Source: Candidatus Hermodarchaeota archaeon
Lineage (GTDB): Archaea > Asgardarchaeota > Hermodarchaeia > Hermodarchaeales > Hermodarchaeaceae
Direction: 5' to 3'
Assembly (NCBI GenBank): GCA_016839365.1
Contig: JAEOUH010000070.1
Location: forward strand, 68,166 to 132,165
DNA length: 64,000 nucleotides
A model generated the notes under the pieces. That model saw nothing but the letters and a program-made list of their open reading frames with translations. It did no database searches and had not been told where the DNA came from. The translations under genes were made by a program, and so were the position numbers. Shown in pieces: positions 1 to 10,106 of the stretch; position 1 is the first letter of the stretch; each line of letters starts with the position of its first letter.

Positions 1-3000
1 ACCTCTACATTAGATCCTTCAAATCTAGCTTTTTCTTTTGATATTAAATTCTCTAGCGATATTACCAAACAAGATTGGTTGTATGTAATTGTCAGCCTGG
101 AATATCAAGCTTCAGTGATTGGTAGCTGGCAGGAAACTACGGATAATTATAATCCCACTAGTTGGGACCACCATTCGCTAACAACGACTCCAGTCAACGG
201 AACGGTTACGCTACGAATCACTGTTAAGAAACAACTTGGCTCTAAATGGAGTGATGTTGACGGGCACATCTATTTTGATAACTTCAAGTATGTCATTGAT
301 TCACCGAGTAATCCTAGCGAAGTCGAACTTGCCCTAAATGGTGCTTCCGTTTCTGATACCGGCGCTCAAAGTGGCAATGTAATTATCTACGCTGATTCAA
401 GTAATCGCGAAGAGGCCCCTTTGATTAACTGTTGGACGACATCGCAATATTATCAATTCAGCTCTTCTTTCAATATCACTTTTCATTTTAATTATTCGAT
501 GTATGTTAAACATCAATCATCAGTGCAAGCAACGACCTCATTTTCTGCACCTGTTGATGCTGATCCGACTTGGGAAGTGAATTATTCAATTCCCATGGAC
601 GAGCCTCCTTCTGGTCATATTGGTTACTCATTTGGTTTGTACCTTGAATCTCTTTGGAGTTTAACTCAGGTGAAAAATGATACAGGACATATTATAATCG
701 ATTACAGTTATAACGCTTCAAGCCGCTTTGTGAAAATCGACGAAGGAATCGCACAAGCTGGAGACAATTTTTCGATTTATGCCACGAGCCTCAATTATCT
801 TTTACAAGTGTATCTCCAAAAAAGCTCAACAGGGCTTGGAGGTTGGACTAATGTCAGCACTAGTGACTATTTTATTGCTGGTGAATGGGTTCGTGTAAAA
901 GCCTCATTACGACCAATCGGGCCCCTCGGAAACTCAGCCAACATTTCACTTTTTTATCCAAATCAGACCATATGGCAGTCTGATACATCACCAACATTTC
1001 ATGACGACAATGAAACCTTGACAAGTACAGGTTGGCAAATTCCAAGTATCCAAGAAGCGGACGCAGGTAGTGCATGGGTTGCCACAATAGCTTATCACAA
1101 TTCCACCCAAAGTGGTATGCGCCAAATTGCATTCGCAGTCGTCATTCCTACTAGAGGAACTGAAATCTCCCCAGTTGACCATCAACGAGTAATTTGGGAT
1201 GACACGGTCCTTGTTAATGTAACTTGGCAAAACAATGAATCCCTACAATACCTTTCTGATGCATCTGCTCGTATTCGTTACGTTGATCGTAACCTTCAAG
1301 TCCAATATGAACCGTTAGTGGCAAATGGACTTGGGGCATACTCGATAAGTTTTGATACGGGTGACCTGAGCCCAAGTAAGAGCGCTAAAATCTATGTTGA
1401 ACTCTTTCGATACGGTTATGTGAATGCAACATATGCTGATGGCACCCACCTCACTATTACAATCAATCTAGTCAACGATTTAGACTATGTAATGATCAAG
1501 CCCACGCAGCTCACTGGACCTGATGAGTATACTGGTGAAACATCACGTGATCAAGGCTATACCTGTCAAATTCGATTCTATGACTCTTATCTTGCTGCCT
1601 ATTTACGCAACGATTCAGGAATTTGGAGGGATAATCTCCGAGTAAATTGCACATACTATGTAGATCCAGATGGAACAGGTTGGACTTTCATTGGCTATGG
1701 CAACTTTATCCCCGATGGCGTTGACCCAACAATCTTTACCAAGTATGATGCTTCATATGGTGATGTTGAAGCAGTAAAATATATGGTAACTATGCGCATG
1801 GTTGGCTCTTATGATTGGGAATATGAGTGGCAGAACTTCACAATTATAATTCGAATTGTCTCTTTTGCTACTAATCTAGATGCTGTGCGGACCCAGATAG
1901 ATTATCCTCCCACTGGCACAGGTGATGGTTGGTCACAATATGAAAATGATACAGACGTTTACATCGTTCATCTTTACTGGAACGATCTCTTCAATGTCAC
2001 TGTCCGATATATCAACGAAAGCACTTCGAATGGTATTACAGGGGCAACTGTGCAAATTCTAATCGACTCAACTTTTTCCCCTCTCACTGAAACCAGTAAT
2101 GGATATTACTACTATATTCTCAATTCCACAGCGTTGAACTTAGGACAAACAGATCTTTACGTAAATGCCACCCGAGCTGCTCATGCAGCCCAGACCATAA
2201 AGATTGTGGTGATCGTCGAGGCCAGAGCCACCCAATTGACAAAAGACTATCCTCGTTCGACCGTGGAAACTCCCTATGATGATGACTTTATAGTACGATT
2301 CAACTTCACAGATACTGTTACTGGTCTGCCAGCCTTTATCACAGATGCAACTGTGTCTGTCATTGGTTATGAAGCAGGAAAATTTACGATTCAAGACTTT
2401 GACAACGGAACGTATAGTATCACATTCTGGGGTAATATCACTGAAAATACATTTGATGTGACAGTCTTCTTTAGTCGTACCAATTACACAGCACAAAACC
2501 AGTATTTTGAAATCACGATCCGCCCAATCAACACATATTCATCAGGATTAGCAGTCTCAGGATCGGTTCCGTGGGGGGAGAATGTTACTATAATCCTCCA
2601 TTTCACCGATTCAGATCATAACAATGTCGGAATAGGTGGTGCTTTTATTGGCTTCAGTTGGCTCGATGATATTCTTGGCGTTGACTATTGGATTCTTGAC
2701 CATGGAAATGGAACATATACAATCACACTAAATACTAGCAAAGTTGTTGCTGGGTCCCAAAGTTTCACGATACCTTTTGGTTTTTCAAAAATCCATTATG
2801 AGTCATACCAAGTAACGATTTCTTTCCAGGTTCGCGACCGATTAACCGCATTGTATATTGTTTCAGTGAATCCGGGAACATCGGTTCCCTGGGGAGACAC
2901 GCTCATAATTACATTGACGTATAATGATACTGATGGTGGGTTCAGCGCCATTATTGGTGCTTCGTTTACTTGTGATTGGAATGAGTTCTATTGGAGCTAT

Positions 3001-6000
3001 GTCTATAATCCCACTAATGGTGCATATGTTCTTACGATACGGACGGAAAGCCGGTTAGAAGGCAGCTACACGCTACACATCTATGCCAGCAAGACTCACT
3101 ATCAGACTTTTATGAACCTTCAAAGTTTTGTTAGCCGAAATATCCAAACCAATTATCAGGCGAATCCCTTATTCATTCCTTCACAACCCTGGGGAGATAA
3201 TCAAACAATCCGCATTGACTACCTTGATCTAGATCATGGTGGCTACATTCCCTACGCTGAAGTCGATACAAATTGGAACGAAAGTTACTATACCATTTAC
3301 TGGTTTGGAAATGGAACCTACCTATTAGAAATCAACACTACCTGTCGTCCTATTGGACTCCATGTTATCCAAATTACACTCTCTCGAAATCATTATGTCT
3401 CACAAATCATCGAGATTGACTTGACTTTACGGAATATCCTGACTGACTTCAATATAGAACCACCCTACATCTATTCCCATCCATGGGGACATAACGCTAC
3501 TATTCGCATTGATTACTTGGACAAAGACCATAACAACTATGTCTTGAACGCGCTCATCACAGCTGATTGGAATGCCACCTACTACACCATCTATGACCTT
3601 GGAAATGGAACTTACCTTATTGAGCTTAACACAACCTGCCGCGTGCCTGGTACTTACAGTATTGAAATCATCCTGTATCAACTCCATTACGTCAACCAAA
3701 TTGTGAATGTCGATCTTAGGTTACGTAATATTCAAACGACACTCGAACTCGAGTTTGATAGTTTTGTTTACTGGAGTGATTTCCTCTATCTCAATGCCAC
3801 CTATCGTGACATTGACAACGACATCATATTATCTGGTGGATCAGTAACCCTGTGGCTCAGTTGGGCTTCATGGTCTATTGTTCAAATCTACCTGGATGGT
3901 ACATATTTACTTCAGATTAATAGTTCAGCAGAGGATGTCGGTTTAGCGAATTTCACAATCCGCTTCACCGCACCTTACCATGACACTTTGGAACAACGTG
4001 TACAATTCACCATTAATCCCCTACCACTTTATGTGGAAGTGTTATCAACCTCTCCTTGGACCACAGAATATCAAACCCAGGTTAATATTTCTGTTCGTGT
4101 TACCGACGAATACGGGCGCCTGATGAACAACACACAAGTTAGTTATTATTGGGCTGGACTTAGTCCAGTGAATCTTATTTTCGTAGGCAGTGGAACTTAC
4201 AATATTACATTCCTGGCAAATCAAAGCATTGGCACTTATATTATTACAATTGAAGCCAGCAACCTTCCCAATTATCAGACACACATCGGCATCATTCTAC
4301 TCAATATTCTGCCCATTGACTCAATTCTTACCGTTATGGGACCAGCATCCCCAGTCGTTGCAGGGGACTCCTTCCAGATTTCAGCTAATTTCAGTACCGT
4401 GTCTGGTGCCCCCTTACCTAGCGCAACTTTGTATTTCAGTTGGGCTGGAGGTACTGGCACCCTTACTTACATTAGTGGTTATACCTTCAGTGTATTAGTC
4501 AATTCATCAGGATTAGATGCAGGTCAATATACAATCTATATCACCGCAAGTCACCAAAACGTCATTGAACAACTTCGAACTGTTTCGGTTTCCCTGATCG
4601 TTATGCCTGCCTACCTTGGGTGTGATACACCAGTCATCCTTGTAGAATGGGGTGATAATTTCACTTTACTTGTAGAATTTTATGACCACAATTTGCTTCC
4701 AATTCTTGGAGCGAATATCCTGTACAGCTGGGGGAACCTCAATGGGTCTCTGCAACCTACAGGAATACCAGGATGGTATAATACCTCTCTTCCAAGTCAC
4801 ATATTTGCTGTCGGTGTATACCAATTAATTCTGACATGTGATCATGAAGGTTATCAATTCGCCATGACAACAATCGGATTAAACATCCAACCTCGTCAGA
4901 CCATATTGACTATTGATGGCATTTTCACAGAATTGGAAGATGCCGCCATCATCATTCCACTCAATGGAACGGCCTGGGATGTCCCACGTGGAGATATTTT
5001 ATGGGTTTATTTGAATTTCACAGATACCGCTGGCATCATTATCCAAAATGCAACGGGTTCCTATTCTTGGGAACTTGGTAGCGGGGTACTTCAATTCATC
5101 GATGGACTCTATGTGGCTCGAATAAATCTCACGGATATAACTCCTGGCCTCTATGGAATTACGATTTCAATTACCCGTCAGAACTTTGAAACCACCAACG
5201 CTCCATATTTTCAATTGAATGTGATTCCCGTACCAACTGAAATCACAGGACTCCCAGACTCAATTAGCATCTTCACTGGCGAAGCTTTCACTCTTGAGGT
5301 AACTTTCAGAGACACATATCATAACATTCTCCTCCCTGATGGGACACTCTATGTTACGATTCTCAGCCTAGGTATTGACAGGCGACCAATGTTTAACAAT
5401 GGGGATGGCACATATACCCTAGCTGGGCTATCAGCACTTATTGAAGGAGCATCTCAGATTATCATCGAGTCATCTGCTGCACCAAAATATGCACGGGCAC
5501 AAAGTTCTAGCACGCTTATCGTGAGTCTTAGTCCTATGGCAAGAACAGCGATTCAAGCAGGAGCAGTTACTGGAGTAGTATTAATTGTAGCACTCCTTAT
5601 TTGGTTGGCATACGCAAGGATTTACTCCATTCCGTGGATTGTTCGGAAGATGCGGAAGATGAGCAAATCAATTGACCGTGGGCACACCCCTTCTCTGTCT
5701 AAAAGTGATGTACAACGAATCCAAGACCGTGACGGTCAACTGGTCACGATCATGACCCCTTCCTATGACGCGTCTAGTTTAGCAATTCAACCATATGTGA
5801 TTCCTACAGGTGAACTCCCCGAAGAACGAAGGTCGGAAGATGACGCCATTTTAGTTGAACTTGCCCAACTTGAAGGTCTGGGTGAAAAACAAAAAGAACA
5901 ATTATTTGAGCAAATGAAAAAGATACCTGCAAAAGATAGAGTGTGGTTTATGGAAGACATGAAACGGCAAATGGCCGAAGGTCGATTTGATTATCTAAAA

Positions 6001-6309
6001 ACGGGGGACGCAAAAGTCGAGGAAGAGAGTATTGAGGAACAAGAACCTGAAAAACCCGGTTTGAGTCCTGTTGAACAAGCAACATTAGTTGCAGTACTTC
6101 GGGAAGGGCTTGAACAATTCTCTGTCATCAGTGATGCCGACAAAGATGCTCTTGTCCAACAATTGATTATCATGACACCAGAAGAACGGCAAGCGACAAT
6201 AAAGAAATTAATGGCTCGTATGAAAGGTATTCAACTCGAAGAACCTGAACCCAAACCAAAACTAGAAAAGCGTAAGAAGAAAGCTGACTTTGACAGCCAT
6301 AAGTCCTAA
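1..6309 (+). CDS. Giant repeat-rich cell-surface protein (5' end outside window) with a C-terminal TM anchor and a 227-aa charged cytoplasmic tail
   Basis: Frame 1 is open from nt 1, with no stop before the TTG at 79, so the ORF is 5'-truncated (more than 2100 codons). From about nt 2230 to 5540 the product is a chain of ~95-100-aa modules. They share PWG[DEH], D.D(H), (G)NGTY.I.LNT and RN[IL].T boundary motifs. There are dozens of N-x-S/T sequons. A hydrophobic helix AIQAGAVTGVVLIVALLIWLAYARIY (nt 5548-5625) is followed by a basic then E/K-rich tail. Confidence 0.85.
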   Translation, partial: TSTLDPSNLAFSFDIKFSSDITKQDWLYVIVSLEYQASVIGSWQETTDNYNPTSWDHHSLTTTPVNGTVTLRITVKKQLGSKWSDVDGHIYFDNFKYVIDSPSNPSEVELALNGASVSDTGAQSGNVIIYADSSNREEAPLINCWTTSQYYQFSSSFNITFHFNYSMYVKHQSSVQATTSFSAPVDADPTWEVNYSIPMDEPPSGHIGYSFGLYLESLWSLTQVKNDTGHIIIDYSYNASSRFVKIDEGIAQAGDNFSIYATSLNYLLQVYLQKSSTGLGGWTNVSTSDYFIAGEWVRVKASLRPIGPLGNSANISLFYPNQTIWQSDTSPTFHDDNETLTSTGWQIPSIQEADAGSAWVATIAYHNSTQSGMRQIAFAVVIPTRGTEISPVDHQRVIWDDTVLVNVTWQNNESLQYLSDASARIRYVDRNLQVQYEPLVANGLGAYSISFDTGDLSPSKSAKIYVELFRYGYVNATYADGTHLTITINLVNDLDYVMIKPTQLTGPDEYTGETSRDQGYTCQIRFYDSYLAAYLRNDSGIWRDNLRVNCTYYVDPDGTGWTFIGYGNFIPDGVDPTIFTKYDASYGDVEAVKYMVTMRMVGSYDWEYEWQNFTIIIRIVSFATNLDAVRTQIDYPPTGTGDGWSQYENDTDVYIVHLYWNDLFNVTVRYINESTSNGITGATVQILIDSTFSPLTETSNGYYYYILNSTALNLGQTDLYVNATRAAHAAQTIKIVVIVEARATQLTKDYPRSTVETPYDDDFIVRFNFTDTVTGLPAFITDATVSVIGYEAGKFTIQDFDNGTYSITFWGNITENTFDVTVFFSRTNYTAQNQYFEITIRPINTYSSGLAVSGSVPWGENVTIILHFTDSDHNNVGIGGAFIGFSWLDDILGVDYWILDHGNGTYTITLNTSKVVAGSQSFTIPFGFSKIHYESYQVTISFQVRDRLTALYIVSVNPGTSVPWGDTLIITLTYNDTDGGFSAIIGASFTCDWNEFYWSYVYNPTNGAYVLTIRTESRLEGSYTLHIYASKTHYQTFMNLQSFVSRNIQTNYQANPLFIPSQPWGDNQTIRIDYLDLDHGGYIPYAEVDTNWNESYYTIYWFGNGTYLLEINTTCRPIGLHVIQITLSRNHYVSQIIEIDLTLRNILTDFNIEPPYIYSHPWGHNATIRIDYLDKDHNNYVLNALITADWNATYYTIYDLGNGTYLIELNTTCRVPGTYSIEIILYQLHYVNQIVNVDLRLRNIQTTLELEFDSFVYWSDFLYLNATYRDIDNDIILSGGSVTLWLSWASWSIVQIYLDGTYLLQINSSAEDVGLANFTIRFTAPYHDTLEQRVQFTINPLPLYVEVLSTSPWTTEYQTQVNISVRVTDEYGRLMNNTQVSYYWAGLSPVNLIFVGSGTYNITFLANQSIGTYIITIEASNLPNYQTHIGIILLNILPIDSILTVMGPASPVVAGDSFQISANFSTVSGAPLPSATLYFSWAGGTGTLTYISGYTFSVLVNSSGLDAGQYTIYITASHQNVIEQLRTVSVSLIVMPAYLGCDTPVILVEWGDNFTLLVEFYDHNLLPILGANILYSWGNLNGSLQPTGIPGWYNTSLPSHIFAVGVYQLILTCDHEGYQFAMTTIGLNIQPRQTILTIDGIFTELEDAAIIIPLNGTAWDVPRGDILWVYLNFTDTAGIIIQNATGSYSWELGSGVLQFIDGLYVARINLTDITPGLYGITISITRQNFETTNAPYFQLNVIPVPTEITGLPDSISIFTGEAFTLEVTFRDTYHNILLPDGTLYVTILSLGIDRRPMFNNGDGTYTLAGLSALIEGASQIIIESSAAPKYARAQSSSTLIVSLSPMARTAIQAGAVTGVVLIVALLIWLAYARIYSIPWIVRKMRKMSKSIDRGHTPSLSKSDVQRIQDRDGQLVTIMTPSYDASSLAIQPYVIPTGELPEERRSEDDAILVELAQLEGLGEKQKEQLFEQMKKIPAKDRVWFMEDMKRQMAEGRFDYLKTGDAKVEEESIEEQEPEKPGLSPVEQATLVAVLREGLEQFSVISDADKDALVQQLIIMTPEERQATIKKLMARMKGIQLEEPEPKPKLEKRKKKADFDSHKS
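3136..3738 (+). repeat. Most recent tandem duplication of the ~98-aa surface-protein module (two adjacent copies)
   Basis: Copy 1 reads RNIQTNYQANPLFIPSQPWGDNQTIRIDYLDLDHGGY...GNGTYLLEINTTCRPIG...LTLRNILT. Copy 2 reads ...HPWGHNATIRIDYLDKDHNNY...GNGTYLIELNTTCRVPG...LRLRNIQT. The copies are clearly alignable at protein level and partly at DNA level. Confidence 0.8.
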
Positions 6310-6572
6310 TTTATAACCTAGGTTCAAAGATTTTGCAAAAATAGCTACATAACTATACTTCCAACCATCCAGTAACCACTTTATAATCATACTAACGACA
6401 AGTTCCTGTATTTAGCCGACCTTAATTCCTTATACATACTTCACTTTTTAATCGAAGAAGCTATATGTGCTCTTCGACAGAGTATCATCAAGCTTCTGAG
6501 AAGCCTGGGAAACGAAAGATGTGCATAGACACAAAACTCAACTTCCTCTAAGCCTATATGAGGTGATAAAAA

Positions 6573-9500
6573 ATGCCTCAAGATGAGGACACCACTTCAT
6601 CTAATCCTAAAACCCCTGAAGACATTCTAAGAAACATAGCAGAAAGATCGCCTGTTGGCATAGTTGTCATTCAAGACAATAAGATACTATTTGCCAACCA
6701 AGAACTCGCCAGACTGATTGGCACCCCTTTGAAAAACCTTGAAGCACTAAAACCCGACGAGTTCTTACAGTTTATGGCTGACGCAGATAAAGTCGAAGCA
6801 GGACAACGATTGAAATCGGCTCAAAGTGGTGAGGTAAAAACTAAATTCTACGATTTTCGAATTATTGACAAAAAAGGAAAAGAAAAGTGGATCCAAATCC
6901 TGCCACGTTCCATCTCAGTAAATGAAAAACCTGCATTTCTAGCTATGGTTGCAGAGGTGACTGAACAGAAGCGTATTGATCTTGCGTATCGAGAACTGGT
7001 CGACCACTCCTTACAAGGGCTTTGTATCATTCAGAATATGCATATCGTATTTGCCAATCAGGCCTTTTCTGAAATAAGCGGATATACTATCGACGAACTA
7101 TTGGAACTGACACCCAAACAAGTTCAAGCAAGTGTTCACCCAGACTATCAAGCACGAGTTTGGGGTCGGATGCGAGACCGACTTGAAGGAAAACCGGTTC
7201 CTTCTCATTATCAGTTCAAAATCATTAGAAAAGATGGGGAGGAACGTTGGCTTGAGATGTTTGTGACTCTTAGCGAGTTCGCCGGGAAACCAGCTATTCA
7301 AGCCACCTTTCTCGATATCACTGAACGCCAAGAAGCTGATGTCAAACTCAAAGAATCTGAAGCGAAGTATCGCGGACTATTCGATGATTTACCCATTGGA
7401 TTATATCGTACAACTGCTGAAGGGGATATTATCGATGCTAACCCAGCCTTGGTAAGACTTCTCGGAGCAGAGGACAAAGAAACGTTATTAAAAATGAATG
7501 CCTCTGATTTCTATGTTAATCGGCGGGAACGCCAGCGGTTTGAGGAATTGCTTGGGAAAGAGGGCATAGTCACTGGTCATGATGTGCAATTCAAAAGGCT
7601 GGATGGCAAACTCATTTGGGTACATGACACCTTTCGAGCGTTCAAGGATGAATTAGGCAACATTCAAAGCTATGAAGGCTCCTTAGAGGATATCACTGAC
7701 CGAGTAGAAGCGGAGCAAGCCCGCAAGGTTCGAGAAAGACGGTATCGAGCCCTTTTTGAACATACAAGTGATGCTATCTTCATTATCTCACTTGACATGA
7801 AGCATCTTGATGCAAATCCACGTGCAACTGAACTTCTTGGCTATACTCGAAATGAACTCATCGGCATGCCTGTTGAGAAAGCGGTGGCAAAAGGCGAATA
7901 TGAAGATAGCAAACGGGTACTACGGGCATTACTTGCAGGTGATTCTGTTCCAATCTATGAACGCATCTTTGTGAAAAAAACTGGCGAAGAATTTCCTGTT
8001 GAGATCAATGCTTCACTTGTTACAGATACCGAAGGCAATCCCCTTCATATTCAGAGTGCAGCAAGAGACATTACCGAAAGGAAACAGGCTGAATGGGCCC
8101 TCAAAGAAAGTGAAGAAAAATACCGAAAACTCATCGAAACCTCCCCCGATGCAATCACAGTCACTGATTTAGAGGGCAAAGTTACAATGGTCAACAAGCA
8201 AGCCCTCCAACTCTACGGAGTGAAAAAGGAAGCTGAACTAATTGGAGTTAACGCTTTCGAATTAATCTCCCCTGAAGATGTTCCCAAAGCGATTGAAAAT
8301 ATGCAAATAACCTTAACAGAAGGCACCTCAGGGGCCTTAGAATATACCCTTCTGAAACGAGATGGGACAGCCTACCCTGCTGAGCTTAATGCATCACTCC
8401 TTAAAGATGCTGATGGAAATCCGATGGCATTCATTGGTGTAATTCGAGACCTCAGCGACCGCAAAGAAGCTGAGGCCCGCTATCGGAACCTTTTCAACAG
8501 TGTTCCAGTTGGGTTATTCAGAACAACACCTGAAGGCACCATCCTCGATGCCAACCCCGCCTTAATTGAAATGCTAGGGTTCGATAGTAAAGAACCACTC
8601 CTCAAACGCAAAGCTTCAAGCTTCTATCTTAATCCTGAAGAACGACGGCACTGGGAAGCTGCCGTGGCCCGCGAAGATGTGGTAACAGGAATTCAATCCG
8701 CATTTAGACGGGAGGATGGACAAACCATCTGGGTCAACCTTTCCGCCCGTGCAATTCGAGACAAGAACCGCAACATCGAGTATTATGAAGGAACACTCGA
8801 TGATATCACGGATCGAAAACTAAGCGAGGACGCCGTGAAGGAATCGGAAGCTAAGTACCGTGCTTTAGTCGACCAGTCCCTTCAAGGCATTATCATCATT
8901 CAAGACAATCGTATCGTGTTTGCCAACCCTCAAATCAAAGAAGTTGTAGATGTCACTCGAGATGAGCTTTTAGATATGCCTCCCAATGCGTTTTGGGATC
9001 GGATTTATCCTGATGATATTCAGTGGATACAACAACGAATGCAGGATCGCTTTGCAGGAAAAAAGGTTCCAGACCGTTATCCAATCCGTGTGATATCACC
9101 AGAGGGGACTCTTCAGTGGGTTGAAATTTGGGTGAAAATGATCGAATATCAGGGAAAACCAGCAATCCAAGTAACACTTACCGATGTCACTGAACGGATG
9201 CGTAGTGAACAGGCAATCAAAGAATCCGAGGAGAAGTATCGCACCCTTGTCGAACAATCCCTTTTTGGGATAGTAATATCCAGAGGTCCACCACTCCGTT
9301 TCTTCTTTGTCAATGAAGCATTCGCAGATATGATAGGATATACAATCGAAGCAATATTGGCGATGACTCCGAAGAAAATCCAAGAACTCATTCATCCCTC
9401 AGACCGAGACCTAGTTATTCAACGGGCAGAGGATAGGCTGATGGGTAAAGAGGTCCCTAATCAGTATGAATACCGGATGGTGAAAAAAGATGGCTCAATT

Positions 9501-10010
9501 GTTTGGGTGGCAATTTTTGCTGACCGAATTGAATATGAGGGTGAACCTGCAGTTCAAGCAGCATACATGGATATAACTGAACGAAAGCAAGCAGAGGCTG
9601 CATTACAAGAATCAGAGGAACGGTTCCGAGCGCTGGTTGAAGACCTCTCAGATTGGGTTTGGGAGATGGATATTTCCGGTAAGTTTGTCTACACCAATAA
9701 TGCAGTCGAAGATATCATCGGATTTTCTGCAGGGCAAGTACTGGGACGAACTCCTTGTGATTTCTTGCGTCCTGAAGATGTCAAACCTGCACAAAATACC
9801 TGGGCTGAACTTATAGAACGACGAAAGCCCATTCGAACTATCGTCATCCAGATGGTCCACAGGGATGAATCAGACGTCATCCTTGAAGCCCGTGGACGCC
9901 CAATCTTCAATGAAGCCGGGGAACTCCTTGGGTTCAGGGGAATTTGTCGGGACATCACAGACCGACTCAAAATGATCGAACAACTTCGCGAATTAGGTGA
10001 ACGGCTCTAA
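6573..10010 (+). CDS. Multi-PAS sensor protein (about nine PAS/PAC modules) with no recognisable output domain
   Basis: Nine successive ~115-aa units each open with [YF]R.L[VFI][EDN]... and close with D[IV]T[ED]R + K(Q)AE/ESE(E/A)KYR linkers. No HisKA/HATPase, GGDEF, HTH or receiver motif was seen; the C-terminus is a short helix (MIEQLRELGERL). An RBS GAGGTGA lies 6 nt upstream of the ATG. Confidence 0.9.
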   Translation: MPQDEDTTSSNPKTPEDILRNIAERSPVGIVVIQDNKILFANQELARLIGTPLKNLEALKPDEFLQFMADADKVEAGQRLKSAQSGEVKTKFYDFRIIDKKGKEKWIQILPRSISVNEKPAFLAMVAEVTEQKRIDLAYRELVDHSLQGLCIIQNMHIVFANQAFSEISGYTIDELLELTPKQVQASVHPDYQARVWGRMRDRLEGKPVPSHYQFKIIRKDGEERWLEMFVTLSEFAGKPAIQATFLDITERQEADVKLKESEAKYRGLFDDLPIGLYRTTAEGDIIDANPALVRLLGAEDKETLLKMNASDFYVNRRERQRFEELLGKEGIVTGHDVQFKRLDGKLIWVHDTFRAFKDELGNIQSYEGSLEDITDRVEAEQARKVRERRYRALFEHTSDAIFIISLDMKHLDANPRATELLGYTRNELIGMPVEKAVAKGEYEDSKRVLRALLAGDSVPIYERIFVKKTGEEFPVEINASLVTDTEGNPLHIQSAARDITERKQAEWALKESEEKYRKLIETSPDAITVTDLEGKVTMVNKQALQLYGVKKEAELIGVNAFELISPEDVPKAIENMQITLTEGTSGALEYTLLKRDGTAYPAELNASLLKDADGNPMAFIGVIRDLSDRKEAEARYRNLFNSVPVGLFRTTPEGTILDANPALIEMLGFDSKEPLLKRKASSFYLNPEERRHWEAAVAREDVVTGIQSAFRREDGQTIWVNLSARAIRDKNRNIEYYEGTLDDITDRKLSEDAVKESEAKYRALVDQSLQGIIIIQDNRIVFANPQIKEVVDVTRDELLDMPPNAFWDRIYPDDIQWIQQRMQDRFAGKKVPDRYPIRVISPEGTLQWVEIWVKMIEYQGKPAIQVTLTDVTERMRSEQAIKESEEKYRTLVEQSLFGIVISRGPPLRFFFVNEAFADMIGYTIEAILAMTPKKIQELIHPSDRDLVIQRAEDRLMGKEVPNQYEYRMVKKDGSIVWVAIFADRIEYEGEPAVQAAYMDITERKQAEAALQESEERFRALVEDLSDWVWEMDISGKFVYTNNAVEDIIGFSAGQVLGRTPCDFLRPEDVKPAQNTWAELIERRKPIRTIVIQMVHRDESDVILEARGRPIFNEAGELLGFRGICRDITDRLKMIEQLRELGERL

Positions 10011-10106
10011 CCTCTTGGTAGTTGTACTAGAACCCTTAAAGGGACCACCAGGCATCCTATCTCCCACCGAAGGCATTAGTATCAATTACCTTCAAGAGTT
10101 CAATAA

